The notes under the pieces: generated by a model | Told to the model about the DNA's origin: nothing | What the model saw: the letters and a program-made list of their open reading frames with translations, nothing else | Database searches by the model: none | Program-made: the position numbers and the translations under genes | DNA from: Octopus sinensis | Lineage: Eukaryota | DNA: 64,000 nucleotides | NCBI RefSeq assembly: GCF_006345805.1 | Contig: NC_042999.1 | Span: forward strand, 44,268,001 to 44,332,000 | Direction of reading: 5' to 3' | In this document: piece by piece, positions 1 through 10,628 of the stretch | Position numbering within the stretch: position 1 is the first letter of the stretch | Layout of the letters: the number at the start of each line of letters is the position of its first letter

Positions 1-390
1 ACTTTGTCGAGTAATGGTCTTGTGTAAATACCTTCTTTGGCACCATCTTAGGCCACTGGTATATAATACCCTCCATTGACTCATTATTTTCCTTTTCATC
101 AACTAAAACAGACAATACCTTCTTTTAATAAGACATAAGGTTAATTTTGTATGATGGTGGGGGAGGGGTTAAAAGGTATTGTTGATTAAATTAATCTGTT
201 ACAGTTTACTAATAAATATATGCAGCTGGTATTTATTGTGTTGCTACTAAGAGTTTCATGCTATTACCTGTTTTGTTATGCAATAAAGGCTATTATGAAT
301 TGAAGGCTTTGGAAATTTTGAAAATAAATCAAGATTCTGATTTTAGGACATGAAGCACTAAGTAGATATACAAGAAGTACCAGTTACATA

Positions 391-1660
391 CGAGGAGCGT
401 TCAATAAGTAATGCCCCTGACTCACTTGCAGTTGTTTGATCTAGCTGAAATTTTGCATGTGCACTTATTTATACCTCTATAGATTAAGTGGTGAATTACA
501 GCTCTGAACTAATTGTGGTTTCTGATTTACAGGTGTTTGAACTGAGTCAAGTGTGAAATGGAGCCTGTTGAGTGTCGAGCAGTGATCTGGTTTTTGTATT
601 TGAAAGGATGCACACCACGGGAGACTTTTGATGAAATGAAAGTAACTTATGGTGATAATGCCCCATCATATGACCTTGTAAAACGCTGGCATTGTGAATT
701 CAAACATAGTCGGAACTCTGTGGAAACAGCTCCCAGATCTGGTCGCCCCCTTCTGCCGTTGATGAGACGTCTGTCCGTCAAGTTGAGGCTGCCATTTTGG
801 AAGGTCAACGCATAACTATTCGCCAAATAGCCCATAAGGTCAAGATTAGTACCGGGTCTGTGGAAACTATCATTCATGACCATTTGCATATGCAAAAGGT
901 GTCTGCCAGATGGATTTCCAGGTTGCTCACACCTTTCTAGAGGCAAGAATGCGTTGAGTGCTCGAGGATGAATTTGGAGATGTGCCAAGAAGATGAGTCA
1001 AAATTTTTCAAAAGACTGATCACACAGGATAAAACCTGGGTCCATCACTATGATCCATAGACCAAAGCCCAGTCAATGCAGTGAAAGCACCGTGACTCAC
1101 CTCCTCCAAAGAAGGCAAGGGTGCAGCCCTCCGCTGACAAGATTATGCTCACAGTCTTCTGGGACCAGGACGGAGTAGTGATGACAGATTTCCTGGCAAA
1201 GGGTACCACAATTACAGGAGCCTATTATGCTTCACTTTTGAGGAAATTAAGAGAAGCTATCGAAATCAAGAGGCGGGGCAAGATCAGCAAAGGCATCCTC
1301 CTCCTGCAGGACAACGCTCCGGTCCACAACTCGCGTGTCGCCAGATCAGAAGCACAGGCGTGCAGCTATGAACTCCTCCCCTTGCACCCTCTGATTTTCA
1401 CCTCTTCCCAGCCATGAAGTTGATTTTGAAAGGAAAGCGTTTCCCAGATGATGCAGCCTTGATTTCTGAAGTCACGTCATGGTTGGAGGACCAAGCTGGG
1501 GTCTTCTACAAAAACGGTCTCCAGAGCTGTATCAAACGATGGGAGAAATGCATAACTCTGGGTAGTTCCTATGTAGGAAAAGACTAATAACTGTGCCAAG
1601 TGTCGTTGCTCTACTGCTATGGGAAGTGGGTCAGGGGCATTACTTATTGAACGCCCCTCG
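391..1660 (+). mobile_element. Full-length mariner (Tc1/mariner) DNA transposon, defective
   Basis: 37-bp TIRs with 2 mismatches (391-427 / 1624-1660, CGAGG[A/G]GCGTTCAATAAGTAATGCCCCTGAC...), TA duplications at 389-390 and 1661-1662, 1270 bp long. Confidence 0.96.
558..1587 (+). pseudogene. mariner transposase pseudogene
   Basis: HTH N-terminus ...PRSGRP, KVSARWI, ITQDKTWVHHYDP, KIMLTVFWD, LLLQDNAPVH, APSDFHLFP, RWEKC. Carries a frameshift near 750, three internal stops and a deletion of the HPPYSPDL motif near 1380. Confidence 0.93.
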
Positions 1661-1798
1661 TAAGGTACAATGAAAATTATATATTTTCTTCCATTTGAAA
1701 TGCAAAGAATATACATAAATATGTGTGTAGATATATGTTTGTGTGTGTATATGATTTTTTACAAGAATACACAAGAACTTTAACAAGAAAAAGGTCGA

Positions 1799-1876
1799 CA
1801 GTGACTTCAAAGTTTCAGTTTGCTTGTCTTCATCAGGTTATCTGAAGGCAAGCAAGCCAAAAATTCAAAGTCACTG
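1799..1876. ncRNA. Inverted pair of decayed Penelope-type minimal hammerhead motifs
   Basis: Minus copy 1836-1799: CTGATGA AGACAAGCAAACT GAAA CTTTGAAG TC ACTG. Plus copy 1842-1876: CTGA--- AGGCAAGCAAGCC AAAAA TTCAAAG TC ACTG. Stem I is missing because of the inversion. Confidence 0.4.
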
Positions 1877-1899
1877 CAATTAATATACGTTTACATTTG

Positions 1900-1965
1900 A
1901 AGCTGTAAGAACAGCAGAGAAAGATTGGATATTTTTCCAATCTTTGTCTGTTGTTCTTACAGCTT
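1900..1965. repeat. 30-bp hairpin with 6-nt loop
   Basis: 1900-1929 versus the reverse complement of 1936-1965: 28/30 identical. Confidence 0.85.
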
Positions 1966-2033
1966 TACTGCATTTGAAATTTACTTATCTGTAAAATACC
2001 AAACACATTCAATGCTTCCAAAGTTTATATATA

Positions 2034-2380
2034 ATGGAAGGTGTTTATAAGCCATTTAAGAAACACATAAAACCGTTAGATTCACTTCATTTAAATTTAA
2101 TTTGTCAAAATATTTTCGTCGCTTTGAGACTGCGACCTGTTCACTGACAAAGCTTCATGCTGCATCAAAGCTTCAAGATGCAGCACAAAGCTTTGTCAGT
2201 GAACAGGTCGTGGTCTCAAAGCGCTGAAAATATTTTGACAAATTAAATTTAAATGTTGAAGTGAATCTTAAGGTTTTGTGTGTTTCTTAAATGGCTTATA
2301 AACACCTTCCACGCTGCAATTGTTTCTGTTCCAGCACACGATCTCAGATCAAGTCACTTGCTATGCAAGTACATCTCCGT
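2034..2380. mobile_element. Foldback element: 277-bp palindrome plus 69-bp unique tail, flanked by 14-bp direct repeat
   Basis: Arms 2035-2166 and 2177-2311 around a 10-nt loop; AAAGTTTATATATA at 2020-2033 and 2381-2394. Confidence 0.7.
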
Positions 2381-2436
2381 AAAGTTTATATATATATTTG
2401 ATTAATGAAAGAGATGGAAGATACATGAAAGTTTAT

Positions 2437-2800
2437 TGATCACTGCAATTGTTTCGACCCATCTAGCATTGATCCTTCACAGGTGGGATACTGAATATCT
2501 TAAGTGTATTCGGTGTAGATGTGTTTCCTCAGGTGATTACAAGCTGTATTTCGTTAAAATAACATCTATTCTACAAGATTTCTTCTTAGTATTTGTATAT
2601 AAAAGCAGCAAATTAAGGGATACAGCTTCATTATCATAGAAGATCAATAACAAACATCAGATGCAAAAAGAAACAAATACACAATACAGCGCAAAAAGTA
2701 TGAGATGTAACCATCAGTAGATGTGGATGTAGATATTTAGTATCTGACCCATGAGGGATCGATGCTAGAGGAGCTGAAACATTTGTAGTAACCAATAAAT
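2437..2800. repeat. Diverged inverted repeat pair with hammerhead-like, Penelope-terminus-like arms
   Basis: Minus arm AGATATTCAGTATCCCACCTGTGAAGGATCAATGCTAGATGGGTCGAAACAATTGCAGTGATCAATAAA versus plus arm AGATATTTAGTATCTGACCCATGAGGGATCGATGCTAGAGGAGCTGAAACATTTGTAGTAACCAATAAA. Confidence 0.55.
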
Positions 2801-3025
2801 TTTCTCGTATCTTCCTTCATCACTGATTCCACACCTCCATTGGGACTTACATACCATGTACAGGAAACTTTTTTTACCACTTCTATACACCATCTTCCTC
2901 GAATAATGGAACTGTAACTGCAATATCTTTATATATCTTATTTCTACTTTCATTCTCTTATTTTCCTCTATATTCCCTATCTCCTCCTTTTCCATAATAA
3001 TTCAAACTCAGATATTTTCTCACAC

Positions 3026-3075
3026 AGTCTCTGATGAAGGGATATCCATAATATCCCAGAAACAGCTGTAAGGAT
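3026..3075 (+). ncRNA. Minimal type I hammerhead ribozyme motif (Penelope-type)
   Basis: CTGATGA 3031-3037; 7-bp stem II GGGATAT/ATATCCC; GAAA 3059-3062; palindromic CAGCTG; GUA cleavage triplet ending at 3070; weak stem I (TCT/AGG). Confidence 0.55.
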
Positions 3076-3729
3076 ATTTCATTATAAATGTCATGAAAAC
3101 TCCTCACAACCTTGGCTTTATTATCTCATTCTGTATAATATATATATATGCATGCTAATAGAAAACTCGCATTAGACTCCTCACTCGTATCATTATCAAG
3201 CTAAAAGTTTAACTACGGTCTGTCCATAGCATGGGTGACTGCTAGTCTTCGATAAACAACCTTGCCCGGACTTGTACCTAGGAGGGTAACTTTCTAGGTG
3301 CAATCCCATGGTCATTTGTGGCCGAAGGGGGTCTCCGACTCTGACATACACCACATATACATATACTACACAGGCATACAAAACAGCAACAATCAAAATA
3401 TTGCATGCATTCATGCTTCTCTGCTGTAATGTAACTGTTTCAAAGACTAACCTTTCCTTATAGACAACATGTGCAAACAATGCACATGCCTCAAAGGACA
3501 GTTGGAATACTAAACACAATGTTTTGGAGCACTACTAAACATATAAATACATAAATATGCAGACAGCTTATTTGAAACTGAGCAAGGCGGTTATGTGAAC
3601 AAATAGATAGAAAAGTATACTCATTGAACTGTGAGTAACAGTAATCGTATGTAATTAAATATTTATTGCTGACTGTACAAAGAAGTTCCATCCCACCAAC
3701 CATGATCACCACCCTCACAGGCATCACCT

Positions 3730-4095
3730 AACAGCACGGTGAGAGGCGAGCTGCCAACGTTGACAAGCACTTTGCAGTTGGTGATACAGTCCCTCCGAAC
3801 ATCTCAAACGCCACAGGTTGGAAGAGATAGTTCACTGTTTACCAGATACTGCAGGGTTTTCTTCCGTTGACTACAGAAACAGTGGCCCTCCCATTAACTG
3901 CAGCATCCAGGATAGGATGTGGGAGGGAGCAAAGGAGTCGCAGACTGTGGCGTCCCAAATAAGGCACCTACTTCTAACCCAGGGACAGAGGGTAAGACCA
4001 TCTGGTCTCTTTCCATCACTTCTGGATAACCTCAATGGCTCCAGAACTGAGGGAATATTAATCCAAGCCAGAGCCCGCTTAATGATTAGGTTTAG
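3730..4095 (-). mobile_element. Degenerate restriction-like endonuclease domain of an RLE-type non-LTR retrotransposon (CRE/NeSL-like)
   Basis: Manual translation gives [59 protein letters not shown], then after a frameshift NYLFQPVAFEMFGG. Matches the RLE motif [10 protein letters not shown]....L.WD.T...T.APSH. Absent from the ORF track. Confidence 0.8.
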
Positions 4096-4290
4096 TTATG
4101 TGTAGCAAGCGAAGTGACCAGCATTAACCCTCTTAGCGTACATGCTAGAAGTAACAATCAAATCTTCCTCAAAACAAACCTTATGGGTTTTCTGTAAAAA
4201 GTGGAAAAAGCACTGGATACTGTGATCTTAGATATATTATTTTTATATGAAAAGCGCAATGATTATAGTTGGAACAACAACAACAAAAGA

Positions 4291-4908
4291 AAAGTTTGGT
4301 AAAATTTCTGGAATCAAGTACCCTGACCTCCTAATATGGCAAATCCCTTATTTTGGTTTGGAAAAGGGAGGCGCGAAGGGGAAACCCCACCATCCCGGAA
4401 TCATTGGAAAATCTTTTTTTTCGTTGAATGAATTCCTGTGACATACTAATATTCTACAAAACCCTTTTGGGGGTCCGAAAAACGGAGTGGGGTGAGGTGG
4501 AAGACTCGGAAATTTCACTCACCCCCACCCTATTGATCTTTTCACTTGCACGATTTTCACTAAGGAAAAAAAATTCCAATGAATCTAGGACGGATTTCCC
4601 TAACCCTGAAAAGATCAATGGGTTGATGTGGGTGAAATTTCCGAGGCTTCCACCTCACCCCACTCCGTTTTTCGAACCCCAAAAAGGGTTTTGTAGCATA
4701 TTAGGATGTCACAAGAATTCATTCAACGCAAAAAAAAAAAAAAAAAAAAAAAAAGTTCACATGAATCCACCTCTTTTTCCGAAGCAAAATAAGGGATTTA
4801 CAGCATATTAGGAAGTCAGGGAACTTGATTCCACGCAAAAAATCTGATTTTTTTTTTTTTCTTTAGTGAAAATCGTGCGAGTGTCATTCTGAAACTTTAC
4901 CAAACTTT
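4291..4908. mobile_element. Compound nested foldback element
   Basis: Inverted pairs: 4291-4303/4896-4908, 4309-4370/4770-4833, 4422-4544/4607-4727, plus a cross pair 4544-4565/4861-4883. Confidence 0.7.
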
Positions 4909-4969
4909 CTGTGAATAAAGTGGCCAGGTCAGCTCATAACTAAAGAGCAGTGAAAAGCAATAAAGTTAA

Positions 4970-5158
4970 AGTCTGGTCATAGAGTGACCAACAGTTTCGC
5001 ATCCACGAAGGCCGAAGCTTTGTGGACAGCTGATAAGACTCTATACCTTTCGCGTTATTGCTTTTTCAAAATATTTCACTTTTAATTGGTCTGATAAGCT
5101 GTCTACAAAGCTGCATCTTTCGCGGATACGAAACCATCGGTCACTCTATGACCAGACT
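4970..5158. mobile_element. 189-bp MITE with TTAA target duplication and AG termini (Kolobok-like)
   Basis: TTAA at 4966-4969 and 5159-5162; about 65-bp imperfect TIRs starting AGTCTGGTCATAGAGTGACC. Confidence 0.75.
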
Positions 5159-5649
5159 TTAACATCTTGCAACACAAATTCATGAACATTATATATTAAA
5201 TATATATATAATCTCAAAATTAAATAGAAACCGGATTGTGTCTGCACAGATGAAAATAACAAAGGATGTCTTTACTTCTGGGAAGAATATGTTGTCTGTG
5301 TGCGTGTTGTATGTAGTTAATACGTAATAAGAAAGGCGATGGATATTTAATACACTTCAGCATAACAACACTACAATGCTTTGGTTTTCAGTAATTAAAA
5401 GTGAAATGTTTTCATAAAGCAGTAACGCGAAACTTATCGTAAACAACTGTTGCAAAAAATAGGAAAGGGAAAAAAGAAAACAGTTCTTCTACTGTTGTGT
5501 TGTATTTATATAATTGCAATTTTTACAAGTCATTAATGGCATAGTTAATATATATACATATTTAAAACACACGTGTTACCGGCATAACTTGTGTAAGCAA
5601 CGATGTCAGTATATCTTGTGTTGTTCCTTTTAATACTTCAGACACTTCA

Positions 5650-5848
5650 TTATGAATGACATTCAAAACAGCGGGAAAATATTGCAGCGCATTCAAAGAA
5701 GTATAGTCCTCTAGAATTAAAGCAACAGCAATTTATTACTTATTATTAATAGGAATTGTGAACAACAAAATGTTACGTAAAATATAATTTTTTTAAAAAC
5801 TTACAATGAGGTTGATAGGCAGGATAGTCGATGTTCATAACATACATA
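5650..5848 (-). CDS. Candidate coding exons (5848-5805, 5710-5650) of an unrecognised Cys-rich peptide gene
   Basis: Two short canonical minus-strand introns (5711-5804 GTAAGT..TTCTAG; 5447-5579 GTAACA..long pyrimidine tract..CAG). The spliced frame reads YVCYEHRLSCLSTSLGLYFFECAAIFSRCFECHS*. The upstream acceptor (cctag) is weak. Confidence 0.35.
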
Positions 5849-8364
5849 CTAGGTGAGTGTGTGTGTATACACATGCTAAATACCGATTAAATGGGCGGAC
5901 CAATCAGAGAGATTCTGGGCAGCTGTTCGAACTGGTAGAAATAGCAGCCAAATCTCCCTCAAATTGCTGCGATAGTTTTAAATAAAGAGGAATCCTTGAT
6001 CAATATAGTGCATACTTATAAATGAATAAATAAATAAAAAGGGTTGTGCACGTTTGGAATGCTTTTGATCATGAATCTCGACCAGGACTAACCAATGGCA
6101 ACAACTAGTATTTATGATGGAAGAAAAGAGCGGAGGAACCAAGAAGGTGAATTTTGATGCTAAAGTTTGTTATAGACTGACGAATAGCTCATTTAACATG
6201 CCATTAACGTTTTTTAAAATTTTTTTGTTTAATTCTTTCGTAAATCATTAACAGTAAGGATAATTGATAAAAACTACTGCATTCGAATTGTTGCTGTTGT
6301 TGTTCAGCCCTAGGTCATGAGCAGAACCATGGTTAAATGCGTTCTAAGAACTATAGCATGTCCTTCCTTCTGTTTATTTTATTTATCTATTTATTCATTC
6401 ATTAAGATAGTACAATGTGGCTTAAATGAATTTCATTACTATTTCGTATTTTTCATGGTATTTTGCTTGGGGGATGAGGGAAGAGGTAAAAGATTCGAAA
6501 TAGAAAAATTGCCGAAACTGTGAGAAATATTGGTACCAGTTACGAAGAAATAATCTATTATATGAAACCTGGAACTCTAGAACAGAGTATATATAAATAA
6601 CTAATTGTAACATTTACACTTTGCCCTGAAAACATTAAAGCAAAAAAAAAAAAAAATTTAGTCATGGATTTGATTTACCAAGAATTTACTGCACCATCTG
6701 AAGAAAACGGGTGTTTTTTTTTACTTCGTTTCATTATCTTTTTTTTTATCGGTAAGCATAAGACCTTTGAAGGTGACGAAGTTGCAGAATCGTTCGCACG
6801 TTGGACAAAATGTTTAGAGGCATTTCTTCTGGATCTTTACATTCTGAGTTCAAATCCTGTTGAGGTGAACCTTGCTTTCATCCATTTGGGGGTCAATAAA
6901 ATAAGTATCGATCATGTTCTACTGGGGTCAATGCAGGGCCAGATTAAAACCAATAGGGGCTTAAGCACTTAAAAGATTTTGGTACCCACCACATATATGT
7001 AATTCAAAGAATAAACCATAAAATAAATTTTTAGTTTTTGAATGAAACAAAACTAACAGTAAGTTGGAAAGCATCACTTTGCACTATTTATAGTTTTTAA
7101 ATTATTTTCTCCTATTTTTTCAATTGCTAAGTTTTTCATCAGATCCTCACTGTGACACTATGAACACTTCAAGATTATTTAAACCATTTTGAATATTATT
7201 TTAGCAAGTTTAAAGTGATTTCTTTTGTGCTATAAACCATTTACCCTTTCTGTTGTGCTCCACTTCCCTTGATACCCTAAGCATGTGCTTCTTTTGTTTA
7301 ATGGTTAATCCAGCACTCGGTTAATGTAATCAACTTGCTGGGTTTGAACCTGGCAATGGATCAGCATCCTGTTCAGGGGTAATGTTGTGATTTCAGTTAC
7401 TTATACAAGGGAGTGCTGAAATACTGGAGGGTCAGTTAATTATGATTTAATTGAGTATATTCCCCTCTCAGATTCACATACTTATTGCAGTGGTCCTTTA
7501 GTTTTTCTAAGCCCTGTAAAAGAACTCAGAAGGTTGGGCCTCCAAACAGGCCTTTCGCAATACCCTTAATTAGCTAGGAACCATGGAAACCAGGTAACTG
7601 ACCTTAGGGCTTAAGATTTTTAAAAAATGCTGTTTGAGAGAAGAGGGGAAATGGTTTTAATGGCTTCAGTATATTACTGATATCTGATCAAAAGAATGAA
7701 AATAGATTTGGCCGTAGTAAGATTTGGTATCAAATTAAATACACTGAAAGCTGTGTTTACCAGATATTTTCTGTCCACCTTGGCTCTACAGTGGTCAGAG
7801 AAATTGGACACATCACCAATGAAGTAAATGGATTTTATAAGCTAATGGTTCATGTTGCTGAGGTTTGGAGGGGGAGATTCAATGCAATAAGTGTCATTTT
7901 ACCCCTTAAACTGAAAAGTAGGAGTACATTGTTCCCAACAAATCTCCCATTTTCATCACTTCACATACAGGAGATGATAGTAAATGTCAAAAGAATAACA
8001 ACAAAATAAATGCTCCCAGTGGAATGCTATCACTCAGTGCCGACTTAAATATCACAATACTACTTTTTAGGATGAGTGATGATGGTGTAAATGGTACTCT
8101 GAGAAATACTTTGGTAAAGTATCTAATTCAGCTCCCCACTATCTGTGTAAGAGCTAGAAAATCTATTCTTTATTTATCATCAATTACATTTGTCAAAATC
8201 AATAATTCTATCTCTTGCTCTTTGTTGTAATTGATTAGAATACTCTTCAGTAGATCAGAATTTCAAATTTCATCACAAACAGTGCTTTTTAAAAAAATTT
8301 TTTTTCAATACCTGGTCTCAAGAAGAGACGACACTAATTACTACTACTCTTACTGTTTAGCCTG

Positions 8365-8981
8365 TATCAGTGCTTCTGATTACAGCATCAAGTGGAAAGT
8401 ACTAGAGAGGTGCAAGTCTTACTTCAAAAACAGTAGTAGGTGCAGGCTATGTTCGGCAGAAAAAAGAACTACATTAAAGAACTCTCTTCATCTGGATACC
8501 TACCTAAACTGTAAAAGCAAAATTTTCTGATCCTACCCAAATGAAAGGCAATATGTACTTAAATACTGGTTGTCTGCACCATGATTATAAACATTAGAGC
8601 TTCCAGCATCAGTACTTCCCGCCTCCTCAATCTGAGGGTTCACCCCAAAATCTGACATATCCAACTTAATGTATACAAAAGCACACATCTACATGGATAT
8701 GTCCATGCATGATTTTATGATTGACCACCCACTTTCTGTCCTCTCCCCTACACATATATCAACCCCCATACTGCCAGTACCCAAATCCCAAGCCCACTTT
8801 GCAGGTGGTTACCTATTACAGCATGAAGACACTCTGATCCTTGTACAAGAGGCATAACTCTTGATGATTTTTCCCCCTCTGAACTTCCATGGGTTTCTTG
8901 TTTTTTTTCACAACACCAATAAACTGAATGTGGAACTTCCTCTGATGAGAGAACCCAATATGGTTTGAAAATCATTTAAGG
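8365..8981 (+). mobile_element. Penelope-like element remnant: GIY-YIG C-terminal fragment followed by a hammerhead-like terminus
   Basis: DYSIKWKVLERCKSYFKNSSRCRLCSAEK...YLNCKSKIF resembles the PLE endonuclease C-terminus (Y.IKW.IL....Y......C.LC..EK). A hammerhead-like motif CCT-CTGATGA..GAACC/GGTTT-GAAA..TA-AGG lies at 8939-8981. Confidence 0.65.
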
Positions 8982-9224
8982 CTGTTTGCTACTTTTCTAG
9001 TCTACAGAGAAATAGTTAAATTTTCTCTGTTTAAATATTTTGCACAACATCTCACAAACCCTCTCCACCTATTGATATGATCCAGAGACAAGCTGCAGCA
9101 AAATATGTAATGCCAATACAAGCTACAGGTTCAGGAATAAAAGGGTGGCCATAATCTCAATCACAAGCAAAAGATCCCCAAAATGTTCAATGTCATTCAC
9201 CCACCCCAACCCATATATATATAT

Positions 9225-9446
9225 ACTCTTTTACTTGTTTCAGTCATTTGACTGTGGCCATGCTGGAGCGCCACCTTTAGTCAAGCAAATCGACCCCAGG
9301 ATCTATTCTTTGTAAGCCTAGTACTTATTTTATCGTTCTCTTTTGCCAAACCGCTAAGTTACAGGGATGTAAACACACCGGCATCGATTGTCAAGCGATG
9401 TTGGGGGGGGACAAACACAGACACACAAAAACATATGCACACACAC

Positions 9447-9495
<49 letters not shown>

Positions 9496-9664
9496 TATAT
9501 GACAGGTTTCTTTCAGTTTCAGTCTACCAAATCCACTCACAAGGCTTTGGTCGGCCCAAGGCTATAGTAGAAGACACTTACCCAAGGTGCCATGCAGTGG
9601 GACTGAACCCGGAACCATGTGGTTCGTGAGCAAGCTACTTACCACACAGCCACTCCTACGCCTA
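9225..9664 (-). mobile_element. tRNA-headed SINE, family A
   Basis: A/B-box-like head (TGGCTGTGTGG..GGTTCAGTCCC), conserved centre GCCTTGTGAGTGGATTTGGTAGA, internal (TA/TG)n, tail GACTGAAACAAGTAAAAGAGT. Other copies near 9955, 13385, 14819, 16279, 24620, 32790, 51610, 57790, 58310. Confidence 0.85.
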
Positions 9665-10526
9665 TTTGGCAGGATTTCTCAAAATTAGTTCTAAGGAACC
9701 CTAGGATTCTAAAGAAAAACTTTGGGATCCCAAGAGACAAGGTGTCTTCAAATATAATTTAATAAAAAAAGATTTCATGAAACAAATGCTATTCACTATT
9801 CTTAGAATAATAAGTTATGTTTCTGTTATATGAATATATGCTCCCTATAAAATAACTTTTGTTTCATTTAATATCTCAGGAAAATTAAAGTAGTAGTGTT
9901 GGGGGTTATCCATAAAATACAGCTATAAGGTCTTTGAATTTTGGAAAATTGTATATAAGACTGTGTGGTTTGCTTCCCAACCACACATGATTCTGGGTTC
10001 AGTCCACTGCATGGCACCTTTGGCAGGTGTCTTCTGCTATAGCCTCAGGCCGACCAAAATGGATTTCGTAGATGGAAACTGAAAGAAGCCCATTGTATAT
10101 GTGTATGTTGTGTCTTTGTGTTTGTACTCCCATTATTGTTTGACAGCCAGTGTTGGTGTGTTTCCATCCCAATAACTAAATAGTTCAGCAAAAGAGACTG
10201 ATACAATAAGTTCTGGGATTGATTTGTTCAACTAAAATTCTTCAAGAATTAAAGAATAAAATGTTCTGAGTCAAAATAAGTACAGAAATCATTGGAGTGA
10301 AACTAATCATTGCACTACTTCATATGGTTTGGTTGATTCTTTCAGATTGACAATATACTGGTTATTAGAATGTGACTGGAAAGTTTGTATTGTAAAACCA
10401 CCCAAGAAACTTCCTTTGAACATGCAGCAAAATAATACAACCTCAGAAAAGGCCAACTACATCCACAAGGTGAAACAACAATAAACGTCTGGAACCTTTT
10501 CACATTAGGTACTGTACCTGTCAGTA

Positions 10527-10628
10527 CCAGTTACGCACAGGGGTCGATGTAATCAACTTAATCTGTTTGTCTGTCCTTGTTTGTCCCCTCTGTGTTTAGC
10601 CCCTTGTGGGTAGTAAAGAAATAGGTAT
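10527..10628 (+). mobile_element. 5'-truncated SINE, family B, with 14-bp TSD
   Basis: TGTACCTGTCAGTA at 10513-10526 and 10629-10642; body matches the 3' half of the copy at 35689-35923. Confidence 0.8.

Noticed and set aside
5805-5858. Plus-strand first exon MRLIGRIVDVHNIHT with a GTGAGT donor
   Set aside because: No downstream in-phase plus-strand exons found, and the minus strand has two consecutive well-formed introns here. Disfavoured rather than excluded.
5893-5904. GC box + CCAAT box as a promoter
   Set aside because: Short motifs at the edge of an interspersed repeat with (AAC)n-tailed relatives at about 6290 and 36200; no supported transcript start
7600-8230. L1/Tx1-type RT remnant on the minus strand (ITHPKK, GRFVGNNVLL)
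   Set aside because: Only two weak motif resemblances among many stops; not supportable without an alignment
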